From contig MU057989.1 in the NCBI GenBank assembly GCA_013265495.1, forward strand, positions 1,565,513 to 1,629,512: a stretch of DNA of 64,000 nucleotides, written 5' to 3'. Within the stretch, counting starts at the first letter, position 1. Each line of letters starts with the position of its first letter. The position numbers were made by a program, and so were the translations under genes. This document shows, one piece after another, positions 33,457-45,858 of the stretch. The DNA comes from Vicugna vicugna. Its lineage: Eukaryota. A model generated the notes under the pieces. That model did no database searches. It was not told the origin of the DNA and saw nothing but the letters and a program-made list of their open reading frames with translations.

Positions 33457-36109
33457 GGGGCTGAGGAACAATGATGCCTGTCATCAGGGTTGGGTGGGGA
33501 GAAGGGGGTCGCTAGGGCTCCAGTGGAGGACCACCCAAGGTCTCATTTCTGAGCCTTGACTCCTGAGCCCTGCTCGCAGGCACTCCCATACTTCATGCCC
33601 CCTGATCTATGTGTTCCCCAAGTCCCACGGCCCATGGGGTTTGGTGAGGGGTGTCTGGGGGAGCTGCCTCTCAAGGGAGACTGAACTCCCTTTCTGAGGT
33701 GCACCAGCTCCAGGGATATGTCCCTCCCACACCCTTGGCCCAGGCAGGCTCCCTGTTTAGACACTTCCCCAGCAGACTGTGGCTGGCCTGGCAAAACCCA
33801 GGGGCTGGACCTGTGTGGGACAGAGAGCGAGAGAAGCAGCCTCGTGTAGCACCTGGTGGCCCTGGGTCCCTGTGGGAGCTTTGGGGGCTGCCCTGTCCTG
33901 GCAGACCCTGGTGTGTGTGGTGGGGGTGGGGGGAGGGTGACAGTTAACTGAAGAATCTGAGTTCCACCCTCTTCCTGTGACCCTGGTCCTGGGGGGCTTC
34001 TCTGCAGCAGGGGCCCAAGGACTGCGACAGCTAAGCCACTCCTCCAGGCCCTTTCAGGTCCCTGCCCTGTAACTCTCACAATGATCCTAGCTCTACAGAC
34101 AGGAACCCAGGCCCCCAAGGCGGCTCCCTTGCCCAAGGTCACCTGGCTGCTAAGTGGCAGAGCTGGGCTTCAGCCAGTCCCTCGGGCTTCCAAGTTCATG
34201 CCCCTTAAGCACTCTGCGGGGAAGCAGACTTGTGACCCACAGCTGGAAGGCAAAACATCCACTTGTTTTCTTTGGTCTGTCAGTTGCCAGTGCCACAGGG
34301 TTTTAAATTGCCAACATACCCCGTGTTTTGTTTGTGCATGACACGGTTCTAAGACCAGGATGTTAACGTAGTAATCATCACAGCCCTATGACGTAAGTGC
34401 TGTAACTGCCACCAGTTTATAGATAAGAGAGTGTCTGGAGAGCAGTTCAAGGTCGCACAGTAAGGAAGAGGCAGGGCTGGGATCCGAGTCCACGTGCTCA
34501 CCCTCTACAGCCTCCTTTCTTGTTTACAGGAACACCTAGATTTCTGCTGCTTCGTGGAGACTGTAAGCCCTGGCAAGTCCCGGCCCAGCCCACAGTTGAC
34601 TCGAGCTGCCCTGTTAAGTTGGGCTACGTGCTCTCCAGTTTGCCAGTCCTCACCTCCCCCTAATGTCTCTCTGATGTTTCTTAAACCAAGTCCATCTCAC
34701 TTGGCTTGTCCTTTCTCACCTGTTTCCTGGCACCTGAGTTTGCAAGCCCTAAGCAATCCACGTTTCAGACGTTGGCCAATGCTCCCTGTAAAAGGCCTGA
34801 TAGAACACATATTAAGTTTTGCCCATCCTAAGATCTCTGTTGCACACTCCAGCTCTGCCCTTGTGGTGTGAAAGCAGGTGGAGGCACGGGAGTGGCTTGT
34901 GCCTCTCAGGCCATTCATAGAAGCAGGAGGTGGCTTGCCTCCCCCGCTCTGCCCCCGGGACTCACTAGTCCATTCACCTAAATTGCCCTGAGCCCAGCAG
35001 CCTCTGTCTCTCCCTGCCTGTGTCCTTCTACTCCCTTACCTTCTACACATCTGAGGACAGAGGCTTACACTTTACTTTCAAGGCTTGGAGGCCAGGAGTT
35101 AGGCTGGGCAGAGCCTGGGACAGAGCCCACCCGGAACATGATGCTCATCCCGCCAGAGAACTCTCTCAAGCTATGATGCCACAGCCCCTGAAGGACTTGG
35201 AGAGGCTGTGGTCTCATCGTCAACACAGATGAGAACGTTCTGTGTGGATGGCCGAGCAGCACAGGTGACTGACACGGGGACCGACCTTGCACAGGAGGGG
35301 ATTCTTGCCTCTGGGGATGTCCCCTACGGATATAAGCTTCTCTGCCGAGAAAACACTTTCTCTAGGAGAAGCATCCCACAGGAGTGATGTAGGATTCTGG
35401 AAACTTGGGGGAAGAAAGCCTGAGTGGACACCCACCGGGACTGTGGACAGGAGGACCATGTCTACAGAAGGCAGGACCATTCAAGGCGCCCTTGGCCGTG
35501 CTGACTGGGGAAAGCCAAGGGTAAAGGGATCAGAGCAGTGTCAGGATGGCAGGTGAGCCCGCAGGTACCCAAACAACCAGACCAGAGGGAATCCACCCAC
35601 AGGCTGAGTGAGGTACATGGCCATCTGATGCATGTTTTCTAGTGCATTCGCTGAGCTAAGGGAGCATTTGCATTGATTATTCCATTCAATCTGTACAACA
35701 ACCCAAGGTGGGGGCGTACTCTTTACACACCCACTTTAAGGGTGAGGAAACTGAGGTGAGAAGGGTCAGGGGCCAGGCGCCTGGTCCCACCGTGGTTGGT
35801 GTTAAGGGCTGGGAGCAGGACCCCAGTCTGGGGTCTGACACATCTGAAATGTGTCCAGCCGTGGCCTTTCCCCTGTCATTGCTCTGCTTGGGTCTTAGGG
35901 TGGGGGGTGCTCTACGAGTAGTTTTGTCTTCTAATGACTCAGAGTAGCCCACATCTTCTTTAATGAGAAGAAACAAGAAATGAGGCAGCCGGGGGTCTGG
36001 GCAGGAAGACTTTGGGTCAGTGGGGAGAGGAGGGGACCATGGGCCTCCTGCCCACACAGCCAGGCCAAGGGGTGGGCAGGGGCCACATTTGTCAGCCTCT
36101 TTCCCTGTT

Positions 36110-36730
36110 TTCTTTTCTCCATTGAGGTAAAATTCACATAATGTAAAATTAACTGCTAGCCATTTTAAGGTGAACAGATCAGTGGCATTGAGTCCATTCC
36201 TAATGTTGCAAAACCATCACCTCTGTCTAGTTCTGAGACAAGCACATCACCCCAAAAGGAGACCCCATCACCACTAAGCGACCCCAGCCCCTGTGAAACA
36301 CTAACTGTTCTCTGTCTCTGTGGATCTGCCCCTGCTGGACATTTCATACACGTGGAATTATACAACATGTGGCCTTTTGTGTCTGGCTTCTTTGATGGAG
36401 CATCATGTTTTCAAGGTACATCCACTTTGTAGCATGTCTCTCAGTAACCCTCCCTTTTCATGGCTGAATAATATTCCACTGCACAGATTGACAGCATTGT
36501 GTTTATTCATTCATCATGTGATGGACAATTTGGGGTCTTGCTGCTTTTTGGCTATTATGAAAAAATGCTGCTGTGGACATTTCTGAACAAGTTTCTGTGT
36601 GAATATGTTTTCATCTCTTAGTATATACCTAGCAGCGGAAGGGCTGTGTCCTATGACAAAACTGTGTGTAACTTTCCAAGGAAATGCCAGACCATTCTCC
36701 ACAGTGGCTGCAACCCTACCCCCTTTCACA
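36110..36730 (-). mobile_element. Old L1M 3' fragment
   Basis: attgaggtaaaattcacataa...tcatggctgaataatattccact...tcttagtatatacctag. Confidence 0.65.
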
Positions 36731-36919
36731 ACAGAACACTCCAGTCATTTCCAAACTATCCTCTCTTGGCAACAGGAATCTGAGGTCTCAGAATGGGATG
36801 GAGGGGAGATCAGGTGTAAGGCGGGGATCCCAGCACAGGAGGCTTTATGACATGATGGTCAAGGGCTCTGGAATCCGAACGCGTGGGTCCCAGCTCTGCT
36901 TTCTCTGCTCACTGGGTGT

Positions 36920-37347
36920 GCTTGGCATAATTGTGGTCCCCAAAGATGTCCCCATCTGAATCCCTGAAACCTGTGACTATGATACCTTACATGGCAAAAG
37001 GGACTTTGGAGATGTAATTAAGGGTTTTGATGGGGAAATTGTCCTGTGGGCCAGTGTAATCACAGGGGTCCTTATAAGAGGGAGACAAAAGGGGTAGAGT
37101 CAGAGATGTGAGGATGGGAGCAGAAATTGAAGTGATGGGGGTGGGGCATGAACCCAGGAATGTGGGTGGCTTCTAGAAGCTGGAAAAAGCAAGGAATGGA
37201 TTCCCCACTAGACCCTTCAGGAGGAACGCAGTCCTATCCACCCTTTTTAGACTCTGACCTCCAGAGCTGTAAGATAGTAAACCTGCATTGTTTTAAGCCA
37301 CCAAGTTTATGGTAGTATGTTATAGCAACAACAGGAAATGAATACAT
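36920..37347 (+). mobile_element. MLT1 MaLR LTR
   Basis: ataattgtggtccccaaagatgtcc...ggcaaaagggactttggagatgtaattaagg...ttgttttaagccaccaagtt...ggaaatgaataca. Confidence 0.7.
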
Positions 37348-37464
37348 TAGATGTGTGACTTGAGCTAGTTGCTGAACTTCGCAAGGCCTCAGGTTTCACA
37401 TCTGTAAAATGGGAATAGCAATAATACCCACTGTAAGATTGCCATGAGGAATAAAGTAGGTAAT

Positions 37465-38332
37465 AACATACTTCAGTACTGCAGGTTCAGTTCCAGACCA
37501 CCACCATAAAGCAAGTATTACAATAAAGGAAGTCACAGATTTTTTAGTTTCCCAGTGCACTTAAGAAGTTGTGGTATATTTATACAATGGAATACTACTC
37601 AGCCATAAAAAGAATAAAATGCCATTTGCAGCAATGTGGATGGACCTGGAGATTGTCATTCTAAGTGAAGCAAGCCAGAAAGAGAAAGAAAAATACCATA
37701 TGGTATCACTCGTATGTGGAATCTTAAAAAAAAAAGAGACACAAATAAACTTATTTACAAAACTCTTTAAAAAGACTCACAGACATAAAAAACAACACTC
37801 ATGGTTACCAGGGAGAAAGCAAGTGGGAAGGGATAAAATGGAAGTTCAAGATTTGCATATACTAGCTACTACATATAAGATAAACAACAAGTTCATACTG
37901 TATAGCATGGGGAACTATATTCAGTATCTTGTGGTAACCTATAATGAAAAAGAGTATGAATAGGAATATATGTATGACTGAAACATGATGCTGTGCACTA
38001 GAAATTGACACAGCACTGTAAACTNNNNNNNNNNNNNNNNNNNNNNNNNNNNNNNNNNNNNNNNNNNNNNNNNNNNNNNNNNNNNNNNNNNNNNNNNNNN
38101 NNNNNNNNNNNNNNNNNNNNNNNNNNNNNNNNNNNNNNNNNNNNNNNNNNNNNNACAGTTAGTAACATCAAAGATCACTGATCACAGATCGCCACAATAA
38201 TAACAATGAAAGTTTCTAAATGCTGTTGGAAAATGTCCCCAGTAGATTTGTTCCACCCAGGGTTGCTACAATTTGTCAAAAACTTTCTTTACTGCAAAGT
38301 GCAGTACAGAAAGGTGTGTCTGCATGACAGGC
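37465..38332. mobile_element. Tigger1-derived element (minus) interrupted by a lineage L1 3' fragment (about 37565-38024, plus)
   Basis: Tigger1 end (gttccagaccaccaccataaagc...tttcccagtgcac) and opposite end (aatttgtcaaaaac...ggtgtgtctg) flank the L1 3' sequence ttgtggtatatttatacaatggaatactactcagcc; N gap 38025-38154. Confidence 0.65.
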
Positions 38333-39283
38333 ACAGAGCCTAACATTAGCCAGTAAGCTTTCCCTGCTAGACCATAAGTCCCACAAGGACAAGAAGGTAT
38401 GTCCACCTGGTTTACCCACAGACCCAAGTGCCCAGCAGTCCTGGCCCTTGGTGGGCCTGGTCAGAGTAATGGAGGAGTTAGAGCTGCCACCAGATGGTAC
38501 ATAGGGAGCCCCAGGCCCCAAGTTCCGGGGATAGAGCTCATTTGAGTGGCGAAAACCATTGTCTTGTAAGGGTCACTGTGAGGATTAGAATAGAGGAGGA
38601 GGACCCCAAAAGGCTGCAAGTGGGATGCCAGGCACATGGCCGCTGGTCAGGGAAGGGCTGGGAAATGGAACCAGCTTCTCCCTCCCTCCCACCTCCCGCC
38701 ATTTTTTTTGTCTTCATCTGTGAAATCAACAGAGGCTGAGCGCCCACTGTGTTCCCAGCTGCTGGCCTGGTTTATGAGAAAAAGTGAAAAAATGCCCAGA
38801 ATGAAGAGGTAGACCGGCTGGTGGCCGCCTCTCTGGGTCCCGCAGCATTTGCTGCTGTTAGGAGGCAGGAAGCACACCTGTGGGACACAGGCCCCGCCCC
38901 ACCAAGCTCCGCAGCCCCGGGCTGGCCCTGGGGGAGCAGGGTGGGAGGGGCTGGCTGCCCAGGCCCCAGGTGATGCGGATCCGGAAGCAGGAAGTAGTCT
39001 GTGCTCCCAGGACCCAGGACCGGTCTGGCTGGGGGAGCCCAGAGGCAGGTCCGGTGATGGGGCTGCCGGGAAAGAGTAAGGGGAGGGGGCTGCCCTGACC
39101 AGGGTCGGGGTCAGGAGAGGAAGACGGGCAGGGGTAGGGGCTGGGGCCCAGAGAGGTGGTGTGGGCGGGCAGGGCCAGGGCTGGACTGTGGAGGCCGGAT
39201 ATGGCAGCCCCAGAGGAGCCCAGGGTTCTGAGATGGCCCTCTGGGGGGCTGGAGCAGGTGGCACCCAGGACCCTCCTGCTGAG

Positions 39284-39754
39284 ATGGCCTTGTCGACGGA
39301 GGACCTGAAGCAGGAGCTGAACGCTACAGTCCAGCAAGTGCTGGGGAAACTGAAGAGTGGCCAGCTGTTCCAGTCCAAGTGGGACACCGCTGCGTTCCTC
39401 ATCTTCCTCATCTTTCTCGGTGAGTGTGGCTCAGCCTCTCGCCCTCCCACCTCGTCTGCCTCCCAGGCCGAGGGCCATATCTGGACACCCGTCCCGCCCC
39501 CAGGAGTCGTGCTGCTCCTGCTGCTGCTCGTCTGCTTCCACTGCTGCTGCCCTGACTGCTGCCAGCACCGCTCCCCCAGGTCCCAGAAGGTGAGCCCTGG
39601 GCACCAGGGGCAGCATGGATCTGCGCTGGGGTGGGTGCTGGGCTTACTGTGGAGAGGGGTCGGAGCGGACCGAGGAGTGAAGCCACTCGCCCTCTCTGTG
39701 CCTCTTTTGCAGAAAAACTCCCGGGGATTTGATAACTTGGCCCTGGAACCTTAG
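39284..39754 (+). CDS. SMIM22: Small integral membrane protein 22 (87 aa, 3 coding exons)
   Basis: Exons 39284-39419, 39504-39589 and 39713-39754 with GT-AG give MALSTEDLKQELNATVQQVLGKLKSGQLFQSKWDTAAFLIFLIFLGVVLLLLLLVCFHCCCPDCCQHRSPRSQKKNSRGFDNLALEP*; TM segment, Cys cluster and DNLALEP end match recalled human SMIM22. Confidence 0.95.
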   Translation: MALSTEDLKQELNATVQQVLGKLKSGQLFQSKWDTAAFLIFLIFLGECGSASRPPTSSASQAEGHIWTPVPPPGVVLLLLLLVCFHCCCPDCCQHRSPRSQKVSPGHQGQHGSALGWVLGLLWRGVGADRGVKPLALSVPLLQKNSRGFDNLALEP

Positions 39755-40089
39755 CGCAGAGAGTCCCTGCCCCCTGCTCTGGTCCCCCGGGAAGGAGAAA
39801 CAACGCCTTGTTCATTTGCAGCCTGAGTGTGGAGCATGTTCCGACCCTCCCGTCAGGGTGGGCAGTGCAGGCCCTCACTGCTTCATCTAGATGCCCCTTG
39901 GGTCCCTCAACAGCCCGCAGCTGGCATGACTGTCACCAGGAGGCCTCAGGTGATGTGCTGGAGCCACCCAGCAACAGTCTGTGTGGCCATCCCACTGGGC
40001 CCCTCTGCACCGGGAGGCCAGGGGCTCAGTCACTGAGTCCTGAGCCCAGCTCCTGGCCATCAGGGACCCCCTGGCCAGGCCCCCATTCA

Positions 40090-40110
40090 GACAGACAGAC
40101 AGACAGACAG
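40090..40110. repeat. (GACA)n microsatellite
   Basis: cagacagacagacagacagacag directly visible. Confidence 0.85.
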
Positions 40111-40134
40111 GGCTCCAGGCAACGTCAGATGATC

Positions 40135-40140
40135 TTTATT
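40135..40140 (-). terminator. ROGDI: ROGDI polyadenylation signal
   Basis: First AATAAA on the minus strand after the ROGDI stop codon (40614). Confidence 0.65.
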
Positions 40141-40613
40141 TCTCAGAGGCCCTGCTAGAGCAGACATGGTCAAGGGCACCACAGCTCACGGGGGGCGGCC
40201 CCTGTCCTCCTTCCCTCCCAACTCACAGCTCAGAGCCACCACCCTCGCCATCCTGGGGAAGCTTGGCAGGCAGCTAAGAGGGGAGGAAGGAGAGCTCTTG
40301 GCCTGGCCCCACCCTGAGTCCAAAGGTTCTGGCCTTGTAGGGAGGGCAGGGCTTGGAACGGGGCCCTGCCTTTCTGACTTCCCCCATCCAAAATGAAAAA
40401 GCAAGCTAGTGTCCCTCCCAGTGGGTCCAGTGTTCAATCCCATCTGTGCAGATGTGACAGGCAGGACAGGGTGAAGAGAGAAATAAACAGCCCGCTGGAA
40501 ACAAACAGTGTGCAGCACTGGCCGGCACTCTGGGCGGGGAGAGGGGGTTGGGGGAGGACGGGGATCCTCAGGCAGGGGCCATTCCCAGGGGTACAGGCTC
40601 TTGGGTGCTCTGC

Positions 40614-43600
40614 TCAGAAAGGCCTATAGCTCCAGTAGCTGGAGAACACGGAGATCTAGACGGGGAGGGAGATGGGAGACATGGTGAGGGGTGGTGCTGG
40701 GGGTCTGGCCCCTGCTGCACCTTCTGTGACTCAGGAGAGACTTCAAGGTCATCCAAGGGCCATGTCCAGGAGAGGATACCGTTGCCTAGCAACACCATGT
40801 CTGGGGTGTGCGGAGAGCACAACAGACCTTAAGATGTGGGGGTGCTTTGGAGGTGTGACAGGAGCCCTTGGAATCCCCCCAAATGGGCTAAACAACCTGC
40901 TGTTTGGCTAGCCTAACCTGAGTGACACCCCTCCTCCGCCCATGTGCCCACCTTATCCTTGAGCTGCTGGCACAGCTGCAGGGAGACGGTGAAGAAGACG
41001 AGGGCATCGTTGAGCCACGGGATCACACACTCCACCTTGTGCACGTGACTCACCTCCAGACGCTGTGTACCCCACTCACTGGGGAGAGATGGGAGGGTCC
41101 CTGAGGGCGGCTGGGCCAGTCCGGACTCCATCCCCCGAGGTGCAGAGGGAGCTCCAGGGACCCCTCCCAGGCAGCCTACTTACAACATGGCCCCGGGGCT
41201 ATGGAGCACAGCGCCTCCAGATGGGCGGAAGTTCTAGGTAGAAGAGCATCAAACCAAGTCAGGCCCCAGGCTGCAGGGTGGGCTNNNNNNNNNNNNNNNN
41301 NNNNNNNNNNNNNNNNNNNNNNNNNNNNNNNNNNNNNNNNNNNNNNNNNNNNNNNNNNNNNNNNNNNNNNNNNNNNNNNNNNNNNNNNNNNNNNNAGGGG
41401 CAGGGGCTGCAGGGTGGGCTGGGGCTGGGGCTGGGGCAGGCTGGGACAGAGCGGGCAGGCAGGGCGGGGTGCTCACCTTGGTGGAATTGGGCTGCAGAGC
41501 ATGCAGCTGATACACGGTGAGACAGAGCTTGTTGAGGTTGATGTAGACGTTGACCAGCAGGTCGGAGGGCAGGGCCGGGGCGAACATCCTCTGTAGGCAG
41601 AAGGGGGCGGGCAAGCAGGTGGGATGAGGTCCAGGCAGTCACCGCCCCTCCAACAACCACATGGGGGAATCTCAGCCCCCATCCCATGGACTGGGGCTTC
41701 TAGACTCTCCCCAGGTGCCCCAGGTATCTTCCTGCACCACTGGGCTTGGGAACCACTGACCCAGATCAGGGGTGACATATTTGGGGGATGCAGGACGGAA
41801 GCCAAGGACCCTATCCCAGAAAACTGTGCACAGACATAGAACTCTGTCGACAGTTTGGGGCTTCCAGGCCCCTCTGGCACCCGTGTCCCTCCCAGGGGCA
41901 AGCTGGGTCCCTCTGTGGGGACCCCTTCTCCTGGAGCGGTGGCTGGTCTGAGGCACTGACCGTGAGGCCGCTGGCAGCGATCTCAGGCAGAGTGAGGGTG
42001 GCTGGGGTGGTGAGCCGGTTTCGGGCTCTAGTCAGCTGCAGCATCACGGCGTCCATCAGCTGGGGAAAGGGGACTTGTCACAGTGGCTGTGAAGGCAGCG
42101 GAGCCTAGTCCTGATTCCAACCTCTTCCCCACTCCCCAGCCCCCACATCAGAGAGCGACAAAGTTACCGCAGCTCCCAGCTGCTTCCCTGGGGGTCTCAG
42201 GGCCTGAATAAGCAGGAGGCTCGTTAAAGATTCAGGTAATTGGGCTGTAGCTGGGGGTGGGGGGCAGGACATCTTCACTGCTGACCACCCATTTGGAAGG
42301 TCCTACTGCATGGGATGCTGGGTGCTGATCCAATGGGGAATGGAAAGATCCCGGAAGTTAGTCCCAGGGGCATGAGGGCTTTGTAGATGGGGGTACAGGC
42401 AATGAAGGAAATTAGAAGAAAAGAATCTAATTCAGCTTGGGTGCAAGGAGCCAGGGAAGGCTTCCTGGAGGAAGCACTGGGACGCTGAGTTGGAGCCTTA
42501 AGGTGGGCAGCAGCCCCGTTTTCACAGGTGAGGAAACTGAGGCTCCAAAGGGCTAAGGTCACACAGCTAGGAACAGTGGAGCCATCTGGAACTCAGCCCT
42601 TTCTTCTGCCATGGAGCAAAGCTCTTGCTCAAATTCAGAGCCCTAGTTTCCACTGCTTCCAGCTGTTCATCCAGCTGTTGCTGCGGTGCTGGGGTCACCT
42701 GGCTCCCAGGAAAGGCAGAATTACTGGCTGGAGGTGCGGGGGCTGCACCTTATACCCCACAAGGCAGTCATAGTTCTGAGAGGGATCTTAGTCCATCTGA
42801 TTCCAAGTGTTCATATGTGGACCCAGAGGTCCAGAGAGGGTAAGGTGAATCACCTGAGGACACACAGCAAGTCAGGGGCAGAACTAAGGCATGAACCCAG
42901 GGCATCTGGGCTCACCTTGTCCCTCCACACCATATGAATTTACTTTGTTAATAACAAAGGTTTTCTGTTGTCCATACTAACACCTGCAGCTACTATTGAC
43001 TGAGCACTTCCTAGGGGCCACTTTACCTGCGTTGTCACAATTGGTAGTCACTATAGCTTGTTCCCCTTTTACAGGTGAGGCTATGAGGCTACTGAGGCAA
43101 AGAGTGGCTAAGTAAGTGACTTGAGGTTGCACAGCTCATTGTGGAGGCCCTGGGATCAGATCCCAGGTCTGATTCTGGAGTCTGGACTGTGAGCCATTCA
43201 ACTGGCTGGATGGATGTGGGTACACTGAGAGCTGAGGGGTCAACCATCAGCTCCACCTGAGAATGTAGGGGCAGAGCTCTCCAGGGGCCTGGTCAGGGAA
43301 CCTGGCTCTCCTGTCCCTCGGGGCAGCTCACCTTGAGGACCTCTGCTCCCGTCCGGAACTGGTAGCTCTCATCCCGGTTGGCGAGGAGGTAAATGGCTTG
43401 GCTCACGTGGTTCCTGGCATCCTGGATCTGAAAACAGTGCCCAGTGGGTGGTCAGAGGGCTGGGCCTCGGCAGGGAGAGGTGCTGCCTTCAGAGCAAAGG
43501 CCTTGAGGTGGAAAAAGCTGGTGGCCAGTGAGAGGTAAGGGGCAGAGGCCAGGCATAGTCACATAGGAGCTGCTAGAGAGCATAGACTTGGTCCCCAAGA

Positions 43601-45858
43601 GCCATGGGAAGCCCCTGGAGGCTCTCGGCAGGGAGTGATTTGTTCAGGGTGTCCTACACAGAGGACAGGCTAGGCTTTGGAGATCAGGCACCGCCCGCCC
43701 CAGTTGCCCTGCTGGAAAAAACACCCTCCCAGGCTTGCTATGGCTGCCAGTCCCCACAGAGGCCTGCCCCTGCCTGCCCTTGTGGCCTGAGCCCTGGACA
43801 ATGAAGGGCCAGGTCACCTGCTGCAGCTTCCACTGCTTGTCCTCCCGGAAGGCGAAGTGCAGCAGCTGGTTGTTACGGGGCGTCTTCAGGTTCACATCCT
43901 GCTGGGCAAGAGCGGGATAAGCTGGCCAGAGGGACGCCCTCCTGCTTTTGGCCACTCTGAGCCCTTGAGCCAGGCGCAGAAACCAGGTGTGTGCCGCAGG
44001 TCAGGCCTCAGCCACTTCCTGGGGCAGAGGGTCTCAACACTTTGGCCAACTGAAGGGTGAACAGGGAGGTCAGGAAACAGGAACCCAGGCCCAAGAGGAA
44101 CCACAAAGAAATGAAAGGGAAAAAAGAAAGGGGAAGGTGGCCTTGGCTGGGAGAGGTGTGTGGTTGTGCACAAATAGGGAACATCTGTACATGCTAAGGG
44201 ACAAACCGCCCACCCGAGGAGGAGAAGGAACTTCTTCCATGCCTTGGCACCTGGCACAGGGTCAGGTGCAGACAGAACTCAGATGTTGGCTGATTCCACT
44301 TTGATCTGGGGCCAGCCTAATCCCTGGGCCCAGACTCCAGGTAGGGTTGTCTGCAGAGCATCTGCCCCTTCCTGCACCTCTCACTGAAGCCACACACCAA
44401 ATCCCATGAGCAAGTTAGGAGGGGTCATTGTCATTTTAACAAGTAAGGAAACTGAAGCCCATAGAGATTAAGGATCTTGCCCAGAGTCACGCAGCAAGCT
44501 GGTGGTAGAGCTGAGATAAGCAGGAGGCCTCCCATGCTCTTCCCCACAGGCTCCTGTGACAGCATGAGAAGGGGAGAGGGGCCGGGGAACTCACCGCTTG
44601 GCTCAGTGCATCCCCTTGTAGAGTCAGCACGCCCTTCACCTGGTCTGTGCTGCAATACACGTGGGTCAGAGCAGGGCCTGCGGCTGCCCCCTCCTACTAC
44701 CAACCCTCCCAACAGGCTGCCCCTGGCTGTCACAGGATGGTCCAGCCTGTCCCACTGCACACCCTCTGGACATCAGAGCTGAAGTCAGTCTGCAGGGCAG
44801 GGCTTTGGCCGTGCCACTTGTCCTAGAGGGTATCCGGTGATTCCCTTCGCAAAGAGCCCATCCTCCCATTTCCACCCAGCCGGGGCTCACCCACAGCTGC
44901 CCAGGATGAAGTTCTCCTGCTTGGTGGGCCCCTCGGTGCCTGAACCTGGCAGAGTGAAGCGGAGAGAGGCCTCCTGGGGGACAGAGGGGAGTGGGGTAAA
45001 GTTCACCCACACCAGCCCAGCGCGTCTTCCAGAAGCCCCACTCCCAAGGCCCCTCCCCCACAGCCTGAGTTTCAGGTCCTACCTGAGCTGATATTTGCTC
45101 CTTCCACGTTCCCTGGGAGCCTACTGTGTGCCCAACATAGGATATAGAGCCAAGAGATACCCTCCTAGCTTGGTTAAGGTGCTTGGATGTGGGAAGCAAA
45201 GTCAGAAATGACAGTAGTCATGGCAACCCACAATTCTGGCCTTACCAGGCATTGCCTGGACATTCTGGGTGACTTTACAGGCTATCTTATCTTCACGACA
45301 GCCCTGAGGCTAGTACTGCTATCTCCTTTTTGCAAAGTGGAGACCCAGAGAAATGGAGTACTTGGCTGAGGTCGAAATGCTGAGTCTTTCAGATCTGAGG
45401 TTAAATGTCACAGTTCCAAAGGAAGCGTTCCCCGACCCCGGGCTCAACCCAAGCCCACCGCGCTCATAAGGCTGCTTGTAGAATTGGGTAATTATCTGCT
45501 GGTGCCCCCGGCTAGACTCTTAAGTCCACAGAGGGCTGGGCCTGGTCTAAACACAAGGCATTGCGTTCACAGCCGGCGCTCGGGCGGCAGGCACGGGAGG
45601 CCGGGGCAGGAGCCGCGCTGAGGGAGGATGGGGAGGGTGGGCGCCCTTAGAGGCCCGACAGACGCGTTACCTTGAGGATGTCCTGCAGCTGCCTCAGCAC
45701 GGCGTGCACCTCGTCGTGCAACAGCCAGCGGAACTCCTCCTCCTGTGGGGACAGCCTCGCTGTCAGCTGTCCCGGCCCGCCGACCCTCACCCTGCCCCGC
45801 CCACGGGCCTCACCAGCACCGCCCGCTCCGCCGTCGTCGCTGCCATCACGGTCGCCAT
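40614..45858 (-). CDS. ROGDI: Protein rogdi homolog, complete CDS (287 aa, 11 exons)
   Basis: Exons 45814-45858, 45671-45742, 44891-44973, 44595-44649, 43818-43898, 43332-43427, 41961-42059, 41477-41590, 41184-41233, 40952-41078 and 40614-40655 (864 nt), all [35 protein letters not shown]...[13 protein letters not shown] matches recalled human ROGDI. Confidence 0.97.

Noticed and set aside
39233-39283. In-frame upstream ATG extending SMIM22 by 17 aa
   Set aside because: A likely acceptor (gcacccag|) at 39268/39269 would make this ATG intronic.
38647-39450. 267-aa ORF antisense to SMIM22
   Set aside because: Pro/Ala/Gly-rich antisense shadow of GC-rich DNA with a non-ATG start; no homology recognised.
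41270-41450. gggctg/gggcag tandem repeat around the gap in ROGDI intron 8
   Set aside because: Ordinary G-rich simple repeat; its length cannot be determined because of the N run.
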